Origin: Alphaproteobacteria bacterium
GTDB lineage: Bacteria; Pseudomonadota; Alphaproteobacteria; G965222575
Assembly (NCBI GenBank): GCA_965222575.1
Contig: OZ244958.1
Location: 32,001 to 96,000 of the forward strand
Direction of reading: 5' to 3'
Length of the DNA stretch: 64,000 nucleotides
Shown here piece after piece: positions 16,327-25,807 of the stretch (position 1 is its first letter; each line of letters begins with the position of its first letter). A program made the position numbers and the translations under genes. The notes beneath the pieces are model-generated. The model did not search any database, was not told where the DNA came from, and was given only the letters and a program-made list of their open reading frames with translations.

Positions 16327-19188
16327 ATGAGAGAGTTCAAGAATATTCTTTTTGTTATAGCTTTATCTTTGTGTGTTGTAGCACTAGAAGGCTGTGGAGG
16401 TAGCGGCGGCGGTGGTACTGGTGGTGAAACAACATATACACCCCCGACAACCACAATTCTTACTAGGCCTCCTGTGGTGGTGGGGAGTTTTTGGTCTACT
16501 GTCAATAAAGGGGGGTTGAAAATTAAAAAAGGAGACTATACAGGTACGGATGAAGACTTCATCGAGAGCTTCAAAACAAAGGAGTATCAAGATACTGGGG
16601 GGGCTGTTTATGACGCACTAGGCTTACGGTATTTCTATGCAAGAGGCTTGACTGGGAAAGGAATAAAAGTTGCCGTACTGGATTCTGGCTTCAACAAAAA
16701 GCAGTTCTACGGCCCCGACCAAAAACGAAATACCGTTGACGATATAAAAGATACCTTAAAAGAAAGGATGTTTTGGCTCCCTATACCAGTAGAAGAACCA
16801 GTAGAAGGGAAGTCCCTACTGAAGAAGAACAAAAGGCGTACCTCAACACATGGTACCTACATGAGTATGATTATAGCTGCTGGGAAAGATGATGTTAAAC
16901 AACATGGCATAGCCTACAATGCTACGCTCCATCATTTTCAAAAACTTCACAAGCTGGACCCTCTCGAAGTTTTCAAAACTTTTAGCAAAGATGGGCGGGA
17001 CAAAATAAAGGCTTATGAAGCCTCATCCTTAACAACAATAACGTCTATTTTGAACCTCAAAACCGCAAACAACTCACTTCTTTACAACTCTCTCTTTTCA
17101 GGCGATCAACAAAAGTTGAGCACTGCAGTAACAGAATACACCAACAAGCTCTATTACGCACATCTCACAGAATCTCACAAAAAGGGCATGAAGGTGCTCA
17201 ATATGAGTATGCTTGTGGCTACTAGTAAAATAGTGAGGTATGAAACTTCAGGAGAGTGGTGGGAAACATGGGAACTTCCAGACGATTTTAACCCCGATAA
17301 CCCCGTCGGCAGCTACCAGAAGTTGATAAAGGCTTATCAAGAGAATATGAAGAAACCGCTAAACGACCCCGACAGGTTTGATATTGTTCTATCGTTATGT
17401 GCAGGCAACGAGGATAGCTCTGAGCTTGCTAGCCCTGCTAACTTAGCGCACTGGCTTGAGGTAAAAGATAATGGAAAAAGTCTAGGAGGATACGCCATTA
17501 CCTCCACTAGTGTTGCCTCCAAGGAATTGCGTCATCTTTTACCGGGAGAGACTTTTAATCCCAATAAAATAATCTCTGATGTAACAAAGGCTGGATATGA
17601 TAGGAATTTTCCCAATAAATGTGGAAATGGGAAATCCCAAAAATTTTGTCTAGCAGTCGTTGAAACAATCATAAACGTAAACCCCGATGAATCCCCCATT
17701 TTATGGGGGTGGAAACCGCCCTCTGCCATTGAGAAGTGCAAAGAATATCGAGCAAGTGACAAACCAAGGACAGGTAATGAAGGTAAGTCGCCGTGCGAGG
17801 ACTGGACTTTACCTATCTTTCCTGAAAAAAACCCTATATTTTCTCAAGACGCAATAAACAAAATGATTTTACATGAAACCACCAATCGCCCCCTGGTTGG
17901 AACTTCTGCTACGACAGCTGTAGTAAGTGGGGTAGCAACTTTGTTACGAGAAGCTTTTCCTGCCTTAAAGGCCTATGAGATTGTGAAGCTTATGTTAGAG
18001 AGCGCTCATAAAATACCGGGGAAGGAAGAGATATACGGACAAGGGATTTTAAGCCCCTGGAGAGCCCTTCTTCATCATTTTGGAAAGAAGACGGTTGTGG
18101 GGACAACTTCTAGTTCTTATGAGGCTACTGGGGTTTCTCTTGATGAAGGAGAAGTGCGTGTAGCCCCCAGTCTTGGTGCCTTACCTCTTTTGAAACCCCT
18201 CAAGGGCAATACCCCCTTACAGATTTTGTTTTTTGATAAGTTCAGAGACCCTAATAGATATTGGGTACAAGACATAAATGATACGTTTTTGTCTTCTGTT
18301 TCAAGAGGGGAAGAGAAGCCTGTGTTGTCTTTCTTTTCTTCTGTTTCCAGCACACTAAAGGCACAAGTTGGCAAAGGGAGATTGTTGTTGAATAAGGAAG
18401 AGAAGAAGATGGCTTATGAAGGGGTATTAGGAGAGGTGCCTTATCGTGTAGGGATTGGAGGAGAATTTGTAGAGGAAGAAGATAGAGTATTAGCCTTAGC
18501 GTCTCACGGAGACCTTTTGGAGGAGAAGCGGTCTTTTTCATTAGGGTCTGATTTTTATTTAGGGTTTGCTCAAGGAGAAAAAGAGGGGTATCGTGTGTAT
18601 AGTGGATATCGTAAGACATTCGGGAGTGGTTTTTTGTATGCGGAAGCTGGCATTGTGAGAGAAGGGGAAGCGTTTTTAGGAGGGAGAGGGACAGCCTTTA
18701 TGGAGTTTTCTAATGGAGGGAGGACTTGGTATGGGAGGATACAGGGGAGAATGAGCGTTGGGGAATTTGAGATGAATGTTGCGGCTTATATGGGGCGTAG
18801 TTTTTCTGGAGGAGAGGGGTCTAGGAGTAGTTGGTTAAGGCTTAAAGAAGGGAGAAGCCAAAGTGGGGGCATCAGTGTTAAAAGGAGTTTATCTAGGGAT
18901 AGAAGTATAGAGCTTGGGGCGCTTTTCCCTCTTAAAAGCTCTTATGTGGGAGAGATGTCTCAATTGGAGGTCTTAAAAGGCGACCTATTAGGGACTTTGC
19001 GTTGGTCACAACACGATGTAAGACTATCCTCAGAAGGAAGAGAAAAGCTTTTTTATGGCTCTTATACGCAAGTCGTGAAGACAGGGGGGAAGATACACCT
19101 ATCCTTCGGAGTGAGACTACAAAGAAACCATGTCCCTAATAGGGTACCGGAAAGCTTTTACCTCTTACAATATCGGCACACTTTCTAA
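16327..19188 (+). CDS. S8 subtilase lipoprotein/autotransporter-like, copy 4 (subfamily C)
   Basis: ALEGC; AVLDSG / THGTYM / CAGNED / GTSATTA; shared C-terminal module. Confidence 0.9.
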   Translation: MREFKNILFVIALSLCVVALEGCGGSGGGGTGGETTYTPPTTTILTRPPVVVGSFWSTVNKGGLKIKKGDYTGTDEDFIESFKTKEYQDTGGAVYDALGLRYFYARGLTGKGIKVAVLDSGFNKKQFYGPDQKRNTVDDIKDTLKERMFWLPIPVEEPVEGKSLLKKNKRRTSTHGTYMSMIIAAGKDDVKQHGIAYNATLHHFQKLHKLDPLEVFKTFSKDGRDKIKAYEASSLTTITSILNLKTANNSLLYNSLFSGDQQKLSTAVTEYTNKLYYAHLTESHKKGMKVLNMSMLVATSKIVRYETSGEWWETWELPDDFNPDNPVGSYQKLIKAYQENMKKPLNDPDRFDIVLSLCAGNEDSSELASPANLAHWLEVKDNGKSLGGYAITSTSVASKELRHLLPGETFNPNKIISDVTKAGYDRNFPNKCGNGKSQKFCLAVVETIINVNPDESPILWGWKPPSAIEKCKEYRASDKPRTGNEGKSPCEDWTLPIFPEKNPIFSQDAINKMILHETTNRPLVGTSATTAVVSGVATLLREAFPALKAYEIVKLMLESAHKIPGKEEIYGQGILSPWRALLHHFGKKTVVGTTSSSYEATGVSLDEGEVRVAPSLGALPLLKPLKGNTPLQILFFDKFRDPNRYWVQDINDTFLSSVSRGEEKPVLSFFSSVSSTLKAQVGKGRLLLNKEEKKMAYEGVLGEVPYRVGIGGEFVEEEDRVLALASHGDLLEEKRSFSLGSDFYLGFAQGEKEGYRVYSGYRKTFGSGFLYAEAGIVREGEAFLGGRGTAFMEFSNGGRTWYGRIQGRMSVGEFEMNVAAYMGRSFSGGEGSRSSWLRLKEGRSQSGGISVKRSLSRDRSIELGALFPLKSSYVGEMSQLEVLKGDLLGTLRWSQHDVRLSSEGREKLFYGSYTQVVKTGGKIHLSFGVRLQRNHVPNRVPESFYLLQYRHTF

Positions 19189-19208
19189 TACTAGGCAGTA
19201 CAGAAAAA

Positions 19209-22061
19209 ATGAGAGAGTTCAGGAATATCCTTTTTGTTATAGCTTTATCTTTGTGTGTTGTAGCACTAGAAGGCTGTGGAGGTAGTAGCGGCGGCGGTGG
19301 TGGTGGTGGTGGAACTACGCCCCCAAATCCTCCTATCGAAAATACTCCTATCGAAAATCCTCCTATCGAAAATACTCCTATCGAAAATCCTCCTATCGAA
19401 AATCCTCCTACTGTGCTGGGGGATTGGTCTACTGTCAATGAAGGGGGGTTGAAAATTAAAAAAGGAGACTATAAAGGTACGGATGAAGAGTTCATCGATA
19501 GCTTCAAAACAACGGAGTATAAAGAAACAGGCGGGGCTGTTTATGACGCACTAGGCTTACGGTATTTCTATGCAAGAGGCTTGACTGGGAAAGGAATAAA
19601 AGTTGCCGTACTGGATAGTGGCTTCAGCAGAGCGCATGCCGAAACAGCCGACGCCTTTACCTCAAAAATAGATAGCTTACTAAAGAGGATGTCTTGGCTC
19701 CCTTTATCATTAACAGGGTACAAATCATTAACAGGCATCCTAAAGAAGAACAACAAGCGTACCTCACCACATGGTACCTACATGAGTATGATTATAGCTG
19801 CTGGGAAAGATGATGTTAAACAACATGGCATAGCCTACAATGCTACGCTCCATCATTTTCAAAAACTTCACAAGCTGGACCCTCTCGAAGTTTTCAACAC
19901 TTTTAGCAAAGATGGGCGGGACAAAATAAAGGCTTATGAAAACTCATCCTCAACAACAATAACGTCTTTTTCTGACCTCAGAAAGGCACAAGGTGGACAC
20001 ATTTACCAATATCTCAGTCAATTAGATAAGGACAAGTTGAACGCTGCAGTAACAGAATACACCAACAAGTTCTATTACGCACATCTCACAGAATCTCACG
20101 AAGAGGGCATGAAGGTACTCAATATGAGTATGTATAGCCCTACTAAGACAACTCCGAAACTTCCAGACGATTTTAACCCCGATAACCCCGTCGGCAGCTA
20201 CCAGAAGTTGATAAAGGCTTATCAAGAGAATATGAAGAAACCGCTAAACGACCCCGACAGGTTTGATATTGTTCTATCGTTATGTGCAGGCAACGAGGGT
20301 AGCTCTGAGCTTGGTAGCCCTGCTAACATAGCACACTGGCTTGAGGTAAAAGATACAGATGGAACAACAAGTCTAGGAGGATACGCCATTACCTCCACTG
20401 CTGTTGCCTCCAGGGGATTGGATCATCTTTTACCGGGAGGGGAGTTTGATTCCTCGAAAATAGTCTCTAATGCGCTGAAAACTGGACTTAATGTTACTCC
20501 TCCCAATAAATGTGGAACTGGGAAAGCCAACAAATTTTGTCTATCAGTCGTTGACACAATCATAAACGTAAACCCCGATGAATCCCCCATTTTATGGGGG
20601 TGGAAACCGGACAATGACGAGACTAAGGAGTGTCAAAAAAAGCGAAACGACAACCCTCTATACATAGGTTTTCCGTGCTATGACTGGACTTTACCGAGAT
20701 TTAGAGATGTATTTAAGCAAGAAGCAATAAAAAAAATGCTTGAATATGAAAAAACCAATCGCCCCCTGACTGGAACTTCTACTACGACAGCTATAGTAAG
20801 TGGGGTAGCAACTTTGTTACGAGAAGCTTTTCCTGCCTTAAAGGCCTATGAGATTGTGAAGCTTATGTTAGAGAGCGCTCATAAAATACCGGGGAAGGAA
20901 GAGATATACGGACAAGGGATTTTAAGCCCCTGGAGAGCCCTTCTTCATCATTTTGGAAAGAAGACGGTTGTGGGGACAACTTCTAGTTCTTATGAGGCTA
21001 CTGGGGTTTCTCTTGATGCAGGAGGAGTGCGTGTAGCCCCCAGTCTTGGTGCCTTACCTCTTTTGAAACCGCTCAAGGGCAATACCCCCTTACAGATTTT
21101 GTTTTTTGATAAGTTCAGAGACCCTAATAGATATTGGGTACAAGACATAAACGATACATTTCTGTCTTCTGTTTCAGGAGGGGAAGAGAAGCCTGTGTTG
21201 TCTTTCTTTTCTTCTGTTTCCAGCACACTAAAGGCGCAAGTTGGCAAAGGGAGATTGTTGTTGAATAAGGAAGAGAAGAAGATGGCTTATGAAGGGGTAT
21301 TAGGAGAGGTGCCTTATCGTGTAGGGATTGGAGGAGAAGTACTAGAGGAAGAAGATAGAGTATTAGCCTTAGCGTCTCACGGAGACCTTTTGGAGGAGAA
21401 GCGGTCTTTTTCATTAGGGTCTGATTTTTATTTAGGGTTTGCTCAAGGAGAAAAAGAGGGGTATCGTGTGTATAGTGGGTATCGTAAGACCTTTGGGAGT
21501 GGGTTTTTGTATGCGGAAGCTGGCATTGTGAGAGAAGGGGAAGCCTTTTTAGGAGGGAGAGGGACAGCCTTTATGGAGTTTTCTAATGGAGGGAGGACTT
21601 GGTATGGGAGGATACAGGGGCGAATGCGTGTTGGGGGATTTGAGATGAATGTTGCGGCTTATATGGGGCGTAGTTTTTCTGGAGGGGAGGGGTCTAGGAG
21701 CAGTTGGTTAAGGCTTAAAGAAGGGAGAAGCCAAAGTGGGGGCATCAGTGTTAAAAGGAGTTTATCTAGGAAGAGAAGTATAGAGCTTGGGGCGCTTTTC
21801 CCTCTTAAAAGCTCTTATGTGGGAGAGATGTCTCAATTGGAGGTCTTAAAAGGCGACCTATTAGGGACTTTGCGTTGGTCACAACATGATGTAAGATTGT
21901 CCTCAGAAGGAAGAGAAAAGCTTTTTTATGGCTCTTATACGCAAGTCGTGAAGACAGGAGGGAAGATACACCTATCCTTCGGAGTGAGACTACAAAGAAA
22001 CCATGTCCCTAATAGGGTACCGGAAAGCTTTTACCTCTTACAATATCGGCACACTTTCTAA
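19209..22061 (+). CDS. S8 subtilase lipoprotein/autotransporter-like, copy 5 (subfamily C)
   Basis: ALEGC; (P/T)PIEN x5 linker; AVLDSG / PHGTYM / CAGNEG / GTSTTTA; shared C-terminal module. Confidence 0.9.
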   Translation: MREFRNILFVIALSLCVVALEGCGGSSGGGGGGGGTTPPNPPIENTPIENPPIENTPIENPPIENPPTVLGDWSTVNEGGLKIKKGDYKGTDEEFIDSFKTTEYKETGGAVYDALGLRYFYARGLTGKGIKVAVLDSGFSRAHAETADAFTSKIDSLLKRMSWLPLSLTGYKSLTGILKKNNKRTSPHGTYMSMIIAAGKDDVKQHGIAYNATLHHFQKLHKLDPLEVFNTFSKDGRDKIKAYENSSSTTITSFSDLRKAQGGHIYQYLSQLDKDKLNAAVTEYTNKFYYAHLTESHEEGMKVLNMSMYSPTKTTPKLPDDFNPDNPVGSYQKLIKAYQENMKKPLNDPDRFDIVLSLCAGNEGSSELGSPANIAHWLEVKDTDGTTSLGGYAITSTAVASRGLDHLLPGGEFDSSKIVSNALKTGLNVTPPNKCGTGKANKFCLSVVDTIINVNPDESPILWGWKPDNDETKECQKKRNDNPLYIGFPCYDWTLPRFRDVFKQEAIKKMLEYEKTNRPLTGTSTTTAIVSGVATLLREAFPALKAYEIVKLMLESAHKIPGKEEIYGQGILSPWRALLHHFGKKTVVGTTSSSYEATGVSLDAGGVRVAPSLGALPLLKPLKGNTPLQILFFDKFRDPNRYWVQDINDTFLSSVSGGEEKPVLSFFSSVSSTLKAQVGKGRLLLNKEEKKMAYEGVLGEVPYRVGIGGEVLEEEDRVLALASHGDLLEEKRSFSLGSDFYLGFAQGEKEGYRVYSGYRKTFGSGFLYAEAGIVREGEAFLGGRGTAFMEFSNGGRTWYGRIQGRMRVGGFEMNVAAYMGRSFSGGEGSRSSWLRLKEGRSQSGGISVKRSLSRKRSIELGALFPLKSSYVGEMSQLEVLKGDLLGTLRWSQHDVRLSSEGREKLFYGSYTQVVKTGGKIHLSFGVRLQRNHVPNRVPESFYLLQYRHTF
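19329..19409 (+). repeat. 15-bp coding tandem repeat (C/A)CTCCTATCGAAAAT x5
   Basis: Directly visible; encodes alternating PPIEN/TPIEN. Confidence 0.9.
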
Positions 22062-22078
22062 TACCAAGTAGTACAAAA

Positions 22079-25000
22079 ATGAGAGAGTTCAAGAATATTC
22101 TTTTTGTTATGGCTTTATCTTTGTGTGTTGTAGCACTAGAAGGCTGTGGAGGGTAGCGGCGGTGGTGGTAGTAGCGGTGGCAGTGGTGGTGATACTAGTG
22201 GAACAACAAGTACGGGTACTAGTGGAACAACTACGCCCCCGACCCCACCTACCCCGCCTCCTGTTGACAATAAAATTGATGATACTAAAGCTCCTGTTGA
22301 CGATAAAGCTCCTGTTGACGATAAAGCTCCTGTTGACGATAAAGTTGTTGATGGTGGTGGAATAACAACTACGCCCCCGACCCCACCTACCCCGCCTCCT
22401 GTTGACGATAAAGTTGTTGAGGCTATAAAACTGTTGACGATTGTTGATGACGATAAAACCGTTGATGATACTAAAGCTGTTGATGCTAAAGCTACTGTTG
22501 ACGATAAAATTGATGATGCTAAAGTTGTTGATGAAGGTGTTTTTGACGATAAAACTGTTGTTGACGATAAAATTGAGGCTATAAAACTGTTGACGATTGT
22601 TGTTGACGATAAAATTGATGATACTAAAGCTGTTGTTGACAATAAAGTTGTTGATGCTAAAGCTGTTGATGAAGGTGTTTTTGACGATAAAACTGTTGTT
22701 GACGATAAAATTGAGGCTATAAAACTGTTGACGATTGTTGTTGACGATAAAATTGATGATACTAAAGCTGTTGTTGACAATAAAGTTGTTGATGCTAAAG
22801 CTGTTGATGAAGGTGTTTTTGACGATAAAACTGTTGTTGACGATAAAATTGAGGCTATAAAACTGTTGACGATTGTTGTTGACGATAAAATTGATGATAC
22901 TAAAGCTGTTGTTGACAATAAAGTTGTTGATGCTAAAGCTCCTGTTTTTGACGATAAAACTGTTGTTGTTGAGGCTATAAAACTGTTGACGATTGTTGTT
23001 GACGTTGATGACGATAAAACTGTTGTTGACGATACAATTGATGACGATAAAACCGTTGATGATAATAAAACTGTTGTTGACGATAAAGTTGTTGATGCTA
23101 AAGCTGTTGATGAAGGTGTTTTTGACGATAAAACTGTTGTTGACGATACAATTGATGACGATAAAACCGTTGATGATAATAAAACTGTTGTTGACGATAA
23201 AGTTGTTGATGCTAAAGCTGTTGATGAAGGTGTTTTTGACGATAAAACTGTTGTTGACGATAAAATTGATGCTATAAAACTGTTGACGATTGTTGATGAC
23301 GATAAAATTGATGATGCTAAAGCTGTTGTTGATGGTCGTATTTTTGAAGATAGCAAAATCAGAAATGCCCTCGCTCTTAGCAATCCTGAGAAGAAGACTG
23401 TCAATGATATTTTTCCAATTAAAAAGCACAGCCGTTTAACGGATCAAAGGTTTCTCCTTAGCTTCAAAACAACGGAATACCTGAAAAACGGGTTTCTTTA
23501 TGATTTTCTAGAACTGCGGCAATTCTATGCCCGAGGCATAACAGGAAAGGGCATCACTGTTGGCATATGGGATACAGGCTTCGACCCCAATGTTATGGGA
23601 AAGGATACGCTAAAGGCGAGAACCAAAGGCTTTGGGATAAAATATCTTCTAAGCAATAGCGAAATAGTGGTCTTGTCGATAGAGCCGAGTAAACGCATTC
23701 AACTTGATGATCTTAGACTTAAGACTTATGATTTCCCCCTTACAGACGACTTTGATGACGACTTCCATGGCACACAAATGCTTTCCTTTATTGCTGCCGG
23801 GAAAGAGAACTATGGTATGCATGGCGTAGCCTATGAGGCTTCGGCCTTTGTTATTGCGAACCCCTCAAATAACTTCCCACTCGACAGCATAACAAATGGG
23901 GGGGTAATAGGATACGGCAACAAGTTCATACCGGCGTTGCATCTCTGGGAATCCCAAGGGGTGAAAGTGGTCAATCTTAGTATGAGTTTGGACTTCGATG
24001 GGGCATCTTCGAACACTCAGACAGTGATGACAAACCTGATGGAAGAAAAGGTACCAACAGCATTAGAAAAGCTAGATATTATCCTTGTCATAGCAGCAGG
24101 AAACGACGGATATGACAATCCTGCTTTTCCGGGGCGCGCGGTGACAGAGATGAAGGGGTGGGGATTAGTCATCACAGAAGCCGTTGTGTTAGCAACGGGA
24201 GAGTCTCTCACCTATACAGAAACTTCAGTTCAAAACCGATATAATCTCCTTAAAGAAAAGACCTCTGCCTTAATCACTGACGATAAGCTACCACCCTATA
24301 TACAGGGTAGGAGTACAACAGGCCAGATTCTCTTAAGAATGTATGACACAGGAAACAGCAATCCTTGTGGAAGTGCGAAAAACTTTTGCCTCACTGTTTT
24401 AACCACAGCCCACGGAGCCTTCACCACATCTATGCCTCAATCCTATATTAACGGCAAAGATAAAACAATAGTAGGCTCTTCTTTGGCGACAGCTGTAACA
24501 ACTGGGGTCATAGCGTTGTTACGACAAGCTTATACCAAATTAGAAGGCAATGAGATTGTGCAACTTCTGTTAGAGAGCGCTCATAAAATACAGGGGAAGG
24601 CGGGCATCGGGGAGAAAGCAGTTGAATCGGACACAATATACGGACAAGGGATTTTAAGCCCCTGGAGAGCCCTTCTTGTTCCTTTTGAAGAAGCGGTTGT
24701 AGGGACAACTTCTAGTTCTTATGAGGCCGCTGGGGTTTCTCTTTCTGCAGGAGGAGTGCGTGTAGCCCCCAGTCTTGGTGCCTTACCTCTTTTGAAACCG
24801 CTCAAGGGCAATACTCCCTTACAGATTTTGTTTTTTGATAAGTTCAGAGACCCTAATAGATATTGGGTACAAGACATAAACGATACGTTTCTGTCTTCTG
24901 TTTCAAGAGGGGAAGAGAAGCCTGTGTTGTCTTTCTTTTCTTCTGTTTCCAGCACACTAAAGGCGCAAGTTGGCAAAGGGAGATTGTTGTTGAATAAGGA

Positions 25001-25790
25001 AGAGGGGAAGATGGCTTATGAAGGGGTGTTAGGAGAGATACCTTATCGTGTAGGGATTGGAGGAGAATTTGTAGAGGAAGAGGATAGAGTATTAGCCTTA
25101 GCGTCTCACGGAGACCTTTTGGAGGAGAAGCGGTCTTTTTCATTAGGGTCTGATTTTTCCTTAGGGTTTGCTCAAGGAGAAAGAGAGGGGTATCGTGTGT
25201 ATAGTGGATATCGTAAGACCTTTGGGAGTGGTTTTTTGTATGCGGAAGCTGGTATTGTGAGAGAAGGGGAAGCCTTTTTAGGAGGGAGGGGGACAGCCTT
25301 TATGGAGTTTTCTAATGGAGGGAGGACTTGGTATGGGAGGATACAGGGGCGAATGCGTGTTGGGGGATTTGAGATGAATGTTGCGGCTTATATGGGGCGT
25401 AGTTTTTCTGGAGGGGAGGGTTCTCAGAGCAGTTGGTTAAGGCTTAAAGAAGGGAGAAGCCAAAGTGGGGGCATCAGTGTTAAAAGGAGTTTATCTAGGA
25501 AGAGAAGTATAGAGCTTGGGGCGCTTTTCCCTCTTAAAAGCTCTTATGTGGGAGAGATGTCTCAATTGGAGGTCTTAAAAGGCGACCTATTAGGGACTTT
25601 GCGTTGGTCACAACATGATGTAAGACTATCCTCAGAAGGAAGAGAAAAGCTTTTTTATGGCTCTTATACGCAAGTCGTGAAGACAGGAGGGAAGATACAC
25701 CTATCCTTCGGAGTGAGACTACAAAGAAACCATGTCCCTAATAGGGTACCGGAAAGCTTTTACCTCCTACAATATCGGCGTGCTTTCTAA
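22079..25790 (+). pseudogene. S8 subtilase lipoprotein, copy 6 (subfamily B), +1 frameshift after the lipobox, with long D/V/K repeat linker
   Basis: ATG 22079 gives MREFKNILFVMALSLCVVALEGCGG then TAG (22154), because of GGAGGGTAGC versus GGAGGTAGC in sister copies. The remainder (22146-25790) is open with an intact triad. Confidence 0.8.
22260..23335 (+). repeat. Low-complexity coding repeat (GTTGACGATAAA-based) with 138-bp and 114-bp higher-order units
   Basis: GAAGGTGTTTTT anchors at 22533, 22671, 22809 (period 138) and 23112, 23226 (period 114). Confidence 0.92.
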
Positions 25791-25807
25791 TACCAGGTAG
25801 TACAAAA

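Noticed and set aside
22107-23429. Antisense ORFs of 440 aa (Asn/Ile-rich) and 422 aa (Ser/Thr-rich, mucin-like)
   Set aside because: Shadows of the GTTGACGATAAA repeat; no RBS, signal or independent evidence.
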